From: a virus
Lineage: Duplodnaviria; Caudoviricetes
Direction: 5' to 3' (one strand)
DNA length: 64,000 bases
IMG/VR virus record: IMGVR_UViG_3300025740_000004
Coordinates: 1 to 64,000 of that record
Shown here: positions 47,982-59,116 of the stretch, piece after piece
How the letters are laid out: each line of letters starts with the position of its first letter
Numbering within the stretch: position 1 is the first letter of the stretch
The notes under the pieces: generated by a model
What the model saw: the letters and a program-made list of their open reading frames with translations, nothing else
What the model was told of the DNA's origin: nothing
Database searches by the model: none
Position numbers and translations under genes: made by a program

Positions 47982-50148
47982 ATAGATATGAAGTCGGTTA
48001 TGAAGATGAAATGATTGGTATTTATTATGGTAAAGATGAATTAGAAGCCATACAAAATTGTAAAAAAGATATTAAACAAAGTAATTTTATTCCAGACACT
48101 CCATTTAAAAATCGAGTATTAAAAGGAATGATTGCAAATAAAATAGATTATTAATATGAAGACTAGAAAACCAAGAACTACTGGATCAAGTTTAAGATTT
48201 GAATTAAGTCATCAATTTGGAAGAGAAGATATTGGAATTTATTCACCAGCAAATTCTAAATTAACTAAAAGATTATTAGAAGGTCTTTGCTTAGGATGTG
48301 GTAAAAAGATTTGTAAATGTAAATCTAAAGGAAATATAAAATGAATTTGACAGTCCTAATTGAAGCAAAGTATATTCCAAATGGCTCTAAAGTTTATAAA
48401 GCTTCTGGAACATATCCATCTATATTAAAAGATAAAATTTCTGTTTATAATGAATCTGGGAAATCAGAAAGTATAGTTACAAATGGATGTAAATTTTTAA
48501 TATCAGATACTGGAAATATTAATGCAATATCTGAAAATTTAATATTAAAATGGGAAACGGATTTACATACTTTGAACTGTTTATTTGGTGAGGATGTTGA
48601 CGATGTTTAACTTTATATGTTGTTTGTTTGGGTTTAATAAGTTTGAATTTATCGTTGAGAGTGAATTTAAAACGGATTCTTGTAAATGTAAAAATTGTGG
48701 TTTTGTAAAATGACGACGTTATTATGATAGTAGAAATAATATTATAATGTTGTATAGTGAAGAGTAGTAAAAAGGAAATATAAAAATGTTAGTAAAAGAT
48801 TTAATAGATTATCTAAAAAAATTTGATCCAGAATTTGAGGTATTAATAGAAAAAGATTTTGGTTGTTTTACTATTACATTTGATGAGATTATAATACGAG
48901 ATGAAAATAGTAGAAATAATACAAACTAAAGAAATTGGATTAACTGACGGAAAGTATGATGAAGAAAATCCTTTGTTAAATGTTTTCACTAAAAATGGAT
49001 ATAAAAAAGTTACTTTGAAAGAAATAGTTTTTATAGATTGGTTGGAAGATTTAACAAAAGATGAATTGAAACAATATAAGAAATTGAACAAACTTTTAAG
49101 GAAATAAAAATGGGTGATTGGATTGAAATGAGTAATAAGTTTTGTTTGTGGATGATTATAATGTGTGTTATTACAGTTGGATTTTGTATTTTATGTATAT
49201 GTACATTATAATGGATATTGTTAAATGAAACCATATAAGAAATTGAACAAAATTTTAAGGAGATAAAAATGGGAATTGATTATGATGGAGTTGGTGGAAT
49301 TGGTATAGAATTAACCGAAGAAATCATTCAAAGATTTATTGCTGCTGAATATTTTACAGAGGATGAATGGAATGAAAGTTATGAAGATTGTTTAGAAACA
49401 ATTGGTGAAAAGTTTAACATTTCTTTTACTTCTGGTGGAAATTTTTATTCCGGAGATATTGTTCATTATCTTTTAGTAGATGGTGAAAATCTCAAAGAAA
49501 TTAATGAAAATTCTAAAACATTTATAGAGAAGTTAAAGATTATTGGTTTAGAACTTTCCGAAGAATCTTTAAAAGTAATTTCTGATTATAAGGTTTGGTA
49601 AATGAAGATTGAAAATATAAATGGTGAAGATTTTAGAAGCATTCCAAAATTATTTGAAGATAGAATTTCTCAAAGATTAATTGAAGAAGTTTTATTGCAT
49701 TGTATTAATAATTGGAATTTTGAATATGATGAATTTGAACTTTCTAATAATAGTTCAATGAAGACTTTTAAATTTTGGTTAGTTATGGATGATAGATGTT
49801 ATATAAATATAGATTATTATGAAAACGCTAAATTTTTTGATATAGAATTTTCTTATAAAAGATTTGGTGAAGATTTTTATAGAAATAGTTTAAAAACTCA
49901 TCAAATAGAAATTGTATTAAGTTGTTTAAATTGTATTTCAAATATTATAAATCGAGGATAAAATGAAAGCAAGTGAATTGATAAAAGAGTTACAGAAACA
50001 AATCTCAAAATATGGTGATTTAGAATTTATGAGATACGATCCAATAGATTCTAAATACCTTGGGATTACTATGCTTGAAATTCATGCTTTAGAAAATCCT
50101 ACACCAGATGATGAAGATGATGAAATTGATGTATTTGTATTGGAGTAA
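47978..50148 (+). other. Cluster of short hypothetical ORFs (e.g. 48156-48344, 48341-48610, 48901-49107, 49269-49601, 49602-49961, 49963-50148)
   Basis: Tightly packed plus-strand ORFs, several with RBS, no recognisable family. Confidence 0.6.
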
Positions 50149-50150
50149 AT

Positions 50151-50915
50151 ATGATTAAAATTTTAACTGGATGGGGAAATCCAGGTGGAAGTACGACCGC
50201 ACATATAAATTTAGTAAATGCTTTTAATGAATATGGTTTAGAAGCAAAATTATATTCACCTCATACATACCATTTTGATAAGTGTCCTTCTGGAAGTTTA
50301 CAAGAAGTTAATATTCAAAAGAGTGATATTGTAATTGGGCATTTTATTAATTTACCAAAGTTGAATTGTAAAAAAATGATATATTCTTGTCACGAATCAG
50401 ATTTAGATCCATTATGGAAAAAGGATTTATCTATGTATTCAAAAGTTCATTATGTTAGTAGATGGCAACAGCAATTTCATAACATAAAGAAATCGTATAT
50501 TATTATTCCAAATGTATTAGAAGATCTTAAACCTAATGAAAAATCCAATATTAAAATTGGTGGTGTTATAGGTTCTATAGATTATAATAAACAAACACAT
50601 TTATCTATATTACAAGCTTTAGAAGATGGTTGTGAAAAAGTTTATTTGTTTGGAAAGGTTACTGATGAAAACTATTTTAATAATCATGTAAAATCTTTAA
50701 TTTCTGATAAAGTTATTTTATATGGATATTGTGAGAGTAAACAATTAATGTATGATATGATTACTGATGTTTATCAAAATTCTATTAAAGAAACTTGGGG
50801 TTATGTTGCTGGGGAATGTCAATTAACTGGGACTAAATATCATAGTACTGGTATGTGTAATTTTGAATTCATGTCTAAGAATGAAATAATTGAAAAATGG
50901 AGAAAAATACTGTGA
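50151..50915 (+). CDS. Glycosyltransferase (GT-B, GT4-like)
   Basis: PGGST, SCHES, IIPNV, IGSIDYNKQ, ETWGYV..EC. Confidence 0.7.
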   Translation: MIKILTGWGNPGGSTTAHINLVNAFNEYGLEAKLYSPHTYHFDKCPSGSLQEVNIQKSDIVIGHFINLPKLNCKKMIYSCHESDLDPLWKKDLSMYSKVHYVSRWQQQFHNIKKSYIIIPNVLEDLKPNEKSNIKIGGVIGSIDYNKQTHLSILQALEDGCEKVYLFGKVTDENYFNNHVKSLISDKVILYGYCESKQLMYDMITDVYQNSIKETWGYVAGECQLTGTKYHSTGMCNFEFMSKNEIIEKWRKIL

Positions 50916-51628
50916 ATTGGATTGAAATAACAACTAAAATTGGGTGTAAGAATATGTGTTCTTATTGCCCACAAACTAAGTTTTTGAAAGAATATAAAGA
51001 CACTAAGAAATTAATGACACTAGACGATTTTAAGTTTTTCCTTTCAAAAATTAATAACAAAGAAACAAAAATTCATTTTTCTGGTTTTTCGGAATCTTTT
51101 ATTAATGATGAAAGTGTTGATATGATGATACACGCTTTCAATTCTGGTTTTGGTGTTATTTTGTACACTACATTGGTTGGATTTACTTTAGAGAAAGCTA
51201 AGAAGTTGAAAGAATCTGGAATGATTTTTGAACAAACTAGAATGCATGAATTTGATGGTGTTGGTTTTAATAGAGAAGTTTTTAACAACTCTGAAGTTAT
51301 GTTTAGAGAAAATGTAAAAAGTCTAGATCATAGAATTGTTAGAGTTGATAATCCGATGTCTAGAGGTGGTTCTTTGTTTGAGGTTCATCACAAACTTGGA
51401 AAAATTAGATGTGTCGAAAATAGATATTTCAATAATGTTTTATTGCCAAATGGTGATTTATATATGTGTTGTTCTGATTGGTTACTAAAACATAAGATTG
51501 GTAATTTGAATGAAGATATATATTCTAGCAATGAATTAAATGAAAATAGAATTAAAAATATAAAGTTGTGTGACTCATATGATTCTGATATCATTTGTAG
51601 AGATTGTGAATGGAGTTACAATGTTTGA
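50897..51628 (+). CDS. Radical SAM protein with SPASM/Twitch domain
   Basis: CKNMCSYC, NGDLYMCCSDW, IGNL, CRDC. Confidence 0.85.
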   Translation: MEKNTVNWIEITTKIGCKNMCSYCPQTKFLKEYKDTKKLMTLDDFKFFLSKINNKETKIHFSGFSESFINDESVDMMIHAFNSGFGVILYTTLVGFTLEKAKKLKESGMIFEQTRMHEFDGVGFNREVFNNSEVMFRENVKSLDHRIVRVDNPMSRGGSLFEVHHKLGKIRCVENRYFNNVLLPNGDLYMCCSDWLLKHKIGNLNEDIYSSNELNENRIKNIKLCDSYDSDIICRDCEWSYNV

Positions 51629-52355
51629 AAATGTTTACTATGTAATTGTTCATAGAGATAGTGACGAAAAAAGAACTAGAAATTTAATTTATACATGCAA
51701 ATATATTCGTTCTTTAGGTCTTAATGTTTTAGTTATTGAACAAGACACAGAAAAGAAAATAGAATTGTTGTGCAAATCTTTGGATGTTGAATATGCATTT
51801 ATTAAAAATTCTGGTTTGTTTAATAGAGCTTGGGGATTTAATTGCTTCAGGAATTTCATAAAAAGCGATAAGGTATTTTTAGCAGACAATGATATAATTT
51901 TAGACAAAGATGTTATTTACAACACAATAAAACTTTTAGATACTTACGATGTTGTTCGTCCTTTTAATGGTGTTGTTTCTTATTATGATGAATCTGCGAC
52001 GGACAAACTTTTCAAAACAAATGAAAGGACATTAGACAAACAATTTAAACTAGTCAACATTTTTAATTTGTCTGGTGGTATTTGTGCTTTTAGAACAGAT
52101 TCTTTTTACAATAAACTTGGTGGATTTGATGAAAGATTTGAGGGTTGGGGTGGTGAAGACGATGAAATGCACAAACATATACTTCAACTTGGTTTGGATG
52201 TTTTTTCGTTTACTTCAGTTGGAATTCATATGAATCATGAAAGAAATCATAATGAAGGAAATTGGCAACCGAATTATAATAAAAATTTGGTTTATATAAA
52301 TGATAATAAGAGAAATGAAAACATTTCTATAGGAAACATTAATAGGTATGAGTAA
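51570..52355 (+). CDS. Glycosyltransferase (GT2/GT7 galactosyltransferase-like)
   Basis: FNRAWGFN, ADND, GGFDERFEGWGGEDDE. Likely start MFENV at 51621. Confidence 0.85.
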   Translation: MTHMILISFVEIVNGVTMFENVYYVIVHRDSDEKRTRNLIYTCKYIRSLGLNVLVIEQDTEKKIELLCKSLDVEYAFIKNSGLFNRAWGFNCFRNFIKSDKVFLADNDIILDKDVIYNTIKLLDTYDVVRPFNGVVSYYDESATDKLFKTNERTLDKQFKLVNIFNLSGGICAFRTDSFYNKLGGFDERFEGWGGEDDEMHKHILQLGLDVFSFTSVGIHMNHERNHNEGNWQPNYNKNLVYINDNKRNENISIGNINRYE

Positions 52356-52977
52356 AGAAATTTTCACAAACATTTATAATAATCATTCTTGGGGTGGTGT
52401 TAGTAAATCTGGTCCTGGAAGTGATTTAGAACAGACGAAAGTTTTGATAGAAGAACTTCCAAGACTTTTTATGAAACATGATATTAAAACATTTTTAGAT
52501 GCTCCTTGTGGAGATTTTCATTGGATGAAGTTTGTAGATAAAACAAATGTTAAGTATATTGGTGGTGATATTGTATCTAATGTAATATCTTCTAATAAAA
52601 AGAATTTTGAAACAGATGATATTAGTTTTTTGGAATTGGATATCATTAACGACAAATTACCAAAAGCAGATGTCATATTTGTTAGAGATTGTTTGGTTCA
52701 TTTTCCTATACAATCTATATATAAATTTTTGTTCAATCTTATTTCAAGCGACATTAGATATTTGATGACAACTACATTTGTTAATAGAAATGTTAATTAT
52801 GATATTAACTTTGGTGAATGGAGACAGTTAAATTTGTTGGTATCTCCTTTCAATTTTCCAAAACCATTAGAGATTATAAATGAGGGTTGTACAGAAAACA
52901 ATAACTCCAACGCAGATAAGTCTATGTGTTTGTGGAATGTTTCTGATATCGAAAAGATTTTATTGAGAGCTAGATAA
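52348..52977 (+). CDS. Class I SAM-dependent methyltransferase
   Basis: SGPGS, LDAPCGDFHWM, YIGGDIV, RDCLVH. Confidence 0.85.
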   Translation: MSKEIFTNIYNNHSWGGVSKSGPGSDLEQTKVLIEELPRLFMKHDIKTFLDAPCGDFHWMKFVDKTNVKYIGGDIVSNVISSNKKNFETDDISFLELDIINDKLPKADVIFVRDCLVHFPIQSIYKFLFNLISSDIRYLMTTTFVNRNVNYDINFGEWRQLNLLVSPFNFPKPLEIINEGCTENNNSNADKSMCLWNVSDIEKILLRAR

Positions 52978-53816
52978 TGATCAGAGTTAAGTTTCATCAA
53001 AATTTTGAAGCAGACGAACAGATATACTATAAAGTTTTATCTATGTCACCAAATAACAAAAATATATGGAAAAATATTAAAGTTGTTTCTGATGATGATT
53101 ATGATATTTTTGTCATATTGAATTGTCCTACTCATCAAAATTATGATAGATCTAGAACAATAGTTTTTAATTGCGAAACAAAAAGCACAAGAGATAATCT
53201 TTCTACTTTTTATAAGGGAATTGAGTCTGAATTTCTTTATATTCATGATACCGAAAATCATTTTAATGTAGATCTTTGGTATCATGGTTTAACTTTTGAT
53301 CAATTAAATAATGAAGAAATGTTTCAAAAGAATAAAAATTTTAGTGTTATAAATTCAAATCTTAATAATTTATCTGGGCATATTATTAGAAATAATTTTA
53401 TAAAGTATATGTGTGATAGAATTGAATATGATTTGTTTGGTAGATTTCCAACAAATGATAAAAATTATAAAGGAAGATTGGTTAATAAATATGATGGTTT
53501 GATTGGTTATAAATACACATTCAATCATGAAAACGATATAGAAAATAATTACTTTACAGAAAAACTTTTGGATGGAATTTTTTGCGAATGTTTAACTTTT
53601 TATGGTGGTTGTCCTAATATAGAAAAATTCATAAACCCAAATTCTTTCATAAAACTTAATCTTGAAAACTTTGAAGAATCGTTCAATGTGATTCGAGATG
53701 TCATATCAAATGATTTGTGGAAAGATTATGTAAAAGATATCAAAGAAGAAAAAAGAAGAATCATGGTAGATTATAATATTTTAAATATAGTGAGCAATAT
53801 ATTGGAGAAAATTTGA
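52977..53816 (+). CDS. Glycosyltransferase family 10 (fucosyltransferase-like)
   Basis: YKYTFNHEN..NNYFTEKL.D....C.TFYGGCPNI. Confidence 0.8.
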   Translation: MIRVKFHQNFEADEQIYYKVLSMSPNNKNIWKNIKVVSDDDYDIFVILNCPTHQNYDRSRTIVFNCETKSTRDNLSTFYKGIESEFLYIHDTENHFNVDLWYHGLTFDQLNNEEMFQKNKNFSVINSNLNNLSGHIIRNNFIKYMCDRIEYDLFGRFPTNDKNYKGRLVNKYDGLIGYKYTFNHENDIENNYFTEKLLDGIFCECLTFYGGCPNIEKFINPNSFIKLNLENFEESFNVIRDVISNDLWKDYVKDIKEEKRRIMVDYNILNIVSNILEKI

Positions 53817-54733
53817 TGGATCTAGCGATTAATTTTTTACCACACAACAGAAGATATTTGATGTTACATACGTTGAAAGAATTTTCTAAGACAAACGAAA
53901 AATACAAAAACAAATTTAAGATTTATATTCATGATAATATTGACAACGATTATGTAAAAGATATTCTTAAAGACATAAATTATGAAATTGTTAATCATGG
54001 AACACACAATTATATTACAAAAATAAACTATGCTATAAATTTACATCATGCTTATTCTATGAAAATTGATGAAGATATTTTTATGAATCATCATGTTTTA
54101 GAATATGTATTAGACAATTTAAATTTGATTTCTGATGAGAATTTTATACTATCTCCTATTTTATCTACAGGAATCCCAAGCACCGAAATGTTTGTTGATG
54201 ATTTTTGTCCAGAAGAAAAAGAAAATATTTTTAAAATGTTTTGTGATACACATGTTTGTAATTTATGGGGAGCAAACTATTCTTCGTTAAATTATAACAA
54301 ATCGCGTTGGTGTGCTAATGAATATTATGATAAAGTAAATCAATTAGATCATTATTATAAAGGAATCCATCCAATAAGAATAAATGTTAGTATTCAAAAT
54401 TTTCTATTAAATGTAATCAAAAACAAAAAACAAAAATTATACGAAAAACAAGAATATTATACAGAGTCAAAACAAATTCCTTATATTTGTAATTCGTTGT
54501 TTGTTATAAAAACCGATGAATGGAAAAAGATTATAACAAATGGTTCTTTGTATAGAGATGAATATGACGAAGTTCCTTTAAATCTTTATATGAAACAATT
54601 TGATAAGAATGTTTTGTTTGTGCGAAATGCTAATTGTATTCATCCAGTATATAATACAGTAGATGTTTTTAATCAAGGTATGTATAATTCTTTGTCTATT
54701 GAATGGAATAAAATTTTGGAGGAATCTGTATGA
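53813..54733 (+). CDS. Putative GT-A glycosyltransferase
   Basis: KIDEDIF DxD-like motif and island context. Confidence 0.5.
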   Translation: MMDLAINFLPHNRRYLMLHTLKEFSKTNEKYKNKFKIYIHDNIDNDYVKDILKDINYEIVNHGTHNYITKINYAINLHHAYSMKIDEDIFMNHHVLEYVLDNLNLISDENFILSPILSTGIPSTEMFVDDFCPEEKENIFKMFCDTHVCNLWGANYSSLNYNKSRWCANEYYDKVNQLDHYYKGIHPIRINVSIQNFLLNVIKNKKQKLYEKQEYYTESKQIPYICNSLFVIKTDEWKKIITNGSLYRDEYDEVPLNLYMKQFDKNVLFVRNANCIHPVYNTVDVFNQGMYNSLSIEWNKILEESV

Positions 54734-55083
54734 AAACAATTTTTTGTGATATTGATGGGACTCTTCTTAAACATACAGGTGATATTTCAAAACAACACAA
54801 AATAAATGGTGACGTAATTCTTCTTCCAGGAACATTACAAAAATTAAAAGAGTGGGACAAAAAAGGTTATAGAATTATCTTAACAACAGGAAGAAGAGAA
54901 AGTACTAGAAAAAGAACAGAAGAACAACTGTTAGAAGCTGGTATATTTTACGATTTGTTGATTATGGGTCTTAGTAATGGCAATAGAGTTTTAATCAATG
55001 ACAGAAAGGTAGATTCTGTTTTGGATACTGCGTTTGGTATAAATATAGATAGAAATGTAGGTATTGAAAATGTTGAAATCTGA
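54730..55083 (+). CDS. Small HAD-family phosphatase
   Basis: FCDIDGTL, LTTGR, YDLLIMG, LINDR. Confidence 0.8.
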   Translation: MKTIFCDIDGTLLKHTGDISKQHKINGDVILLPGTLQKLKEWDKKGYRIILTTGRRESTRKRTEEQLLEAGIFYDLLIMGLSNGNRVLINDRKVDSVLDTAFGINIDRNVGIENVEI

Positions 55084-55426
55084 TATAAAAATAATTGAAA
55101 AACCTTGGGGTAAAGAAGAGTTATTAGAAAAAAATGATTTTTATGTCGTTAAAAGATTGTATATGAAATGTGGACACAAATGTTCTATGCAATATCATGT
55201 AGATAAAATCGAAACAATATATGTTTTAAGCGGAGCTTTGAAAATTTATATTGGAGAATCTTTAGAAAATATTAAAGAAGAAAACTATCATGAAGGAGAT
55301 TTTGTAACTATCAAAAACAATATGATTCATAGAATGGAAGGTGTTACAGATTGTGTTTATTTAGAATCATCAACTACTCAATTGGACGATGTTGTTAGGA
55401 TTTCTGATGTCTACTCAAGAATATAA
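55064..55426 (+). CDS. Cupin (sugar isomerase-like)
   Basis: EKPWGKE, SMQYH..K.ET.YVLSG, IHRM. Confidence 0.8.
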   Translation: MKMLKSDIKIIEKPWGKEELLEKNDFYVVKRLYMKCGHKCSMQYHVDKIETIYVLSGALKIYIGESLENIKEENYHEGDFVTIKNNMIHRMEGVTDCVYLESSTTQLDDVVRISDVYSRI

Positions 55427-56948
55427 AGTTTTAATAACTGTTAGTGGTTTGGGTTCAAGATTAGGAGATTTGACAAAGTATATTAACAAATCTTTAATTA
55501 AGGTCGGGAAGAAGCCAGCAATATCATACATTATAGAATCGTATCCTAAAGAAACACAATTTGTTATTACTCTTGGTCATATGGGAAATGTTGTTAAGCA
55601 ATTTTTAGAATTGGTTTATTCTGATAGATTTTTTGAGTTTGTTTATGTTGACAAGTATGAAGGAACTGGTAGCAGTCTTTTGTATTCTATAAATTGTGCT
55701 AAAGAAAATCTACAATGCCCTTTTATTTTTCATGCTTGCGACACTATAACAGATGATATTAAATTTTCTGGAAATTGTTTATATTTAAGTAAATCTTTTG
55801 AAAACATAAATGAATACAGAACAGTTAATATAGATAAAAATATAATTCTAGAAAAATCAAATCATGCTAATTCATATCCTTACATTGGAGTTTGTTCTAT
55901 AAATGATTATAAATCTTTTTGGAAATCTCTTCAAGTTACATTAAATGGTGAATTTGAACAAAGTGATTGTAGTGTTATTAATGCAATGCTAAACAGTGGT
56001 ATAAAGTTTGATTATAAATTTGTAGAGAAATGGTTTGATGTTGGTAATTTAGAAAGTTTAAATCGTGCTAGGAAAAATATAGAAGATAGATTTGATATTC
56101 TAGACAAATTACAAGAAAGTATTTACATTTTTAAAGATTTCGTAGTTAAATATTTCTATGATAAAAATCTGATCAAAAATAGAGTAGATCGAACAAAATC
56201 ATTAAATGGAACTGTTCCCGACATAATAGGACAAACTGAAAATTTTTATAAGTATTCTTTCGTGTTTGGTGATGAATATTCCCATATAGTGAACGATGAT
56301 AATTTTTTAGAATTGTTAAGTTTCACTAATAACAAATTGTGGAAAATTAAAGGACCAAATATAAAGAATGAGTGTTTGAAATTTTATAAAAACAAAACAA
56401 ATGATAGACTGAAAGAGTATTTTTCTCGTTTTAATTTACAAGACACATCATATGAAATTAATGGGATTATTGTACCATCAACAAAAGAATTATTATCTAA
56501 TATAAATTTTGAAGAATTTTGCGATATCGAATCTTCAAAATTTCATGGTGACTTTATTTTAGAAAATATTATAAAAGGTGAATATATAGCATTGATTGAT
56601 TGGCGACAAGATTTTGGTGGATGTTTGGAATATGGAGATTTGTATTATGATTTGGCGAAAATGAATCATAATTTAATCATAGACCATTCGATTGTTTATA
56701 GAAATTTGTTCACATTAAATAATACTGATAGTGGTGTGGATATTGATATTCATGTTTCTTTTAAGAATATTTCTTTGAAACAAGTTTTTGACAAATTTTT
56801 GAACGAAAATAATTATGATAAAAATAGAGTTGAAATTCTCACTGGGTTAATTTGGTTGAATATGTCTCCATTACACGATGATAATTTTTCTAAATTTATT
56901 TTCAATATGGGCAAATTAAAATTATATAGGAGTTTGTATGGTAAGTAG
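55389..56948 (+). CDS. Sugar nucleotidyltransferase fused to APH/choline-kinase-like phosphotransferase
   Basis: SGLGSRL..LTK..NKSL and WFDVGN in the N-terminal half. HGDFILENI, IDWR and YYDLAK in the C-terminal half. Confidence 0.8.
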   Translation: MLLGFLMSTQEYKVLITVSGLGSRLGDLTKYINKSLIKVGKKPAISYIIESYPKETQFVITLGHMGNVVKQFLELVYSDRFFEFVYVDKYEGTGSSLLYSINCAKENLQCPFIFHACDTITDDIKFSGNCLYLSKSFENINEYRTVNIDKNIILEKSNHANSYPYIGVCSINDYKSFWKSLQVTLNGEFEQSDCSVINAMLNSGIKFDYKFVEKWFDVGNLESLNRARKNIEDRFDILDKLQESIYIFKDFVVKYFYDKNLIKNRVDRTKSLNGTVPDIIGQTENFYKYSFVFGDEYSHIVNDDNFLELLSFTNNKLWKIKGPNIKNECLKFYKNKTNDRLKEYFSRFNLQDTSYEINGIIVPSTKELLSNINFEEFCDIESSKFHGDFILENIIKGEYIALIDWRQDFGGCLEYGDLYYDLAKMNHNLIIDHSIVYRNLFTLNNTDSGVDIDIHVSFKNISLKQVFDKFLNENNYDKNRVEILTGLIWLNMSPLHDDNFSKFIFNMGKLKLYRSLYGK

Positions 56949-57492
56949 TATAGAATATTCTTGTGGCCTGTTGAACGAAAAGTATAAAGACATTTTAGAA
57001 TTTGGTGTATATCAAGGAACAACAATCAGAAAAATAGTTGATTGTGTAAATGGGTTTAGAATTTTTGGATTTGATACGTTTGAAGGATTGCCAGAAGATT
57101 GGAAAGGAACTGTTTGTGATAAAGGTTTCTTTTCTACAAATGGATTAATTCCAGATATTAAAGGTGTTCATTTTTTCAAAGGGTTGTTTTCTGACACTCT
57201 AAAAGAATATCTATTAGACCCAAAAGACATTTCATTGCTTCATATTGACTGTGATTTATATTCATCAACAAAAGATGTTTTATATGGTTTGAATGAATAT
57301 ATAAAAGAAGGAACAATAATTTGTTTTGATGAATGGTTATATTGTGGTATTGATGGAACTATGAAAAATGATTGTGAACAAAAATGTTTTTATGAATGGG
57401 TGTCTGATTTTGATAGGTCTTTTGAATTTGTTGATTTCGTAGACAATACTGCTTGTGGACACGAACGAAAGATTGTAAGGATCATCAAATGA
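56938..57492 (+). CDS. TylF/MycF-like sugar O-methyltransferase
   Basis: LEFGVYQG, GFDTFEGLPEDW, HIDCDLYSST, FDE. Confidence 0.82.
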   Translation: MVSSIEYSCGLLNEKYKDILEFGVYQGTTIRKIVDCVNGFRIFGFDTFEGLPEDWKGTVCDKGFFSTNGLIPDIKGVHFFKGLFSDTLKEYLLDPKDISLLHIDCDLYSSTKDVLYGLNEYIKEGTIICFDEWLYCGIDGTMKNDCEQKCFYEWVSDFDRSFEFVDFVDNTACGHERKIVRIIK

Positions 57493-58442
57493 AATATTGT
57501 ATAGGACCAATGAGTAAAAATGTTGTTGATTCTGTTATTGATTTCGTTAATAATAATAATGTAGAAATTGGTTTGATTCCATCTAGAAGACAAGTTGATT
57601 ATTTTGGTGGATATGTTAACCATTGGAACACTAAAACTTTTGTAGATTATGTTAAATCTAAAACACATAATATAAAAATTATAAGAGATCATGGTGGAGA
57701 ATTTCAAGGAAGTGTTGAAGATGATGGTGTTGTTTCATTTTTTATAGATTCTGTTTTTGTTGATGGTATTCATGTTGATGTCTGGAAAAAGAATAAAAAT
57801 TTAGAAGATGCAATTTTATCTACAATTAAAAATATAAAACATTGCTTGACCATAAACGATAATCTATTTTTTGAAATTGGAACAGAACAATCAATTAGAG
57901 AATATAGTGCCGATGAATTAGATTATTTTATAGAAAATGTTAAAAATGGTCTTGCTGACGATTTTTGTAAAGTGAAATATGCGGTCATTCAATGCGGAAC
58001 TTCTTTAAAATCAAACATCAACACTGGAAATTATTCAGAAACAAAACTTATAGATATGTTAAGCGTAGTAAAAAAACATGGTTTGATGTCAAAAGAACAC
58101 AATGGAGATTATACTACAAAAGATATTAAATATAAAAAATTTTCAAATGGTTTAGATTGTATAAACATCGCTCCAGAATTTGGTCTTATTGAAACAGAAA
58201 CTATTTTAGAAAGTATGAAAGAATATGAGTTTCAAACATATTTTGATATTTGCTATTCTTCAAACAAATGGAAAAAATGGGTGAATGAAGATTTTGATCC
58301 ACATAACAACAAAAATGAACTTATAAAAATTTGTGGTCATTATGTAAGAACAGATTCTTGGGTTGATAATTATGTTGTTGAAAATAATTTAAATGATGTG
58401 ATAAAAACAAACATATATTCTTTTTTGGAGAGCCTTTATTAA
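57453..58442 (+). CDS. TIM-barrel sugar epimerase/aldolase-like protein
   Basis: IGPMS, RDHGG, IHVD, FEIGTE, KEHNGDY, NIAPEFG. Likely start MKYCIG at 57489. Confidence 0.55.
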   Translation: MWTRTKDCKDHQMKYCIGPMSKNVVDSVIDFVNNNNVEIGLIPSRRQVDYFGGYVNHWNTKTFVDYVKSKTHNIKIIRDHGGEFQGSVEDDGVVSFFIDSVFVDGIHVDVWKKNKNLEDAILSTIKNIKHCLTINDNLFFEIGTEQSIREYSADELDYFIENVKNGLADDFCKVKYAVIQCGTSLKSNINTGNYSETKLIDMLSVVKKHGLMSKEHNGDYTTKDIKYKKFSNGLDCINIAPEFGLIETETILESMKEYEFQTYFDICYSSNKWKKWVNEDFDPHNNKNELIKICGHYVRTDSWVDNYVVENNLNDVIKTNIYSFLESLY

Positions 58443-59116
58443 TGTTCTGTATTCCTTGTAAATATAATAAAACAAGTAATAACATAATTGAATTAGTTAA
58501 ACAAATAAGACATTTTCATAAAAACGAAAAGATTGTTGTCGTTGATTCTTGTTCAGAAGATAAATCTTATTTCGAAGAATTGGAAGTTTATGATGCTATT
58601 GTTTTAGATGTGAATAATACTAATTGGATGGTTGGTGCGTATCCAAACGAAGAGCATTACTATTTCATCCACGATTCTACAAAAATAAAAGCTTCTTTAG
58701 ATTATTTGAAAACAGACGAGTTAACTTTAATCGCAACGTTTGATAAGAGTGTTGGTAATTTTAATGGATTGAATGAAGAAATCAGACAAAAAACAAAGTA
58801 CAAAAATATAAAAGATTTTGGGTTTGGTTGTTATGGTCCTATGTTTTTTTGTAAAGGAAAATTGATGAATAAATTGTATGATAACGATTTTCATTTAATA
58901 TTACCAAACAACAAACAAGAAACTGGTTGGATGGAAGGTGCATTTGGTGCCGTGTTTGAGGAAGAAGGTTTTGATTTAATGAAGTGTTCTCTTTATGGAA
59001 ACATTTTAGAACATGAATCTCTAGGAGGAAAATCATATCCACACCCTTTTAACACATCTTGGCAGTTTCCAATTGAAAAATTTTATGCATCACATTTAGA
59101 CATATCGAGGTTATGA
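58442..59116 (+). CDS. Putative GT-A glycosyltransferase
   Basis: IVVVDSCSED and FIHDS. Confidence 0.55.
   Translation: MFCIPCKYNKTSNNIIELVKQIRHFHKNEKIVVVDSCSEDKSYFEELEVYDAIVLDVNNTNWMVGAYPNEEHYYFIHDSTKIKASLDYLKTDELTLIATFDKSVGNFNGLNEEIRQKTKYKNIKDFGFGCYGPMFFCKGKLMNKLYDNDFHLILPNNKQETGWMEGAFGAVFEEEGFDLMKCSLYGNILEHESLGGKSYPHPFNTSWQFPIEKFYASHLDISRL

Noticed and set aside
58620-58660. Possible short in-frame deletion in the GT at 58442 (GAY directly followed by PNE)
   Set aside because: Based only on recollection of similar proteins. Cannot be supported without an alignment.
470-59042. Many 60-130 aa ORFs antisense to or nested in long genes (e.g. 470-688, 3779-4105, 13665-14000, 41652-42041, 57390-57707)
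   Set aside because: Shadow frames of well-supported genes, with no RBS or family motifs.
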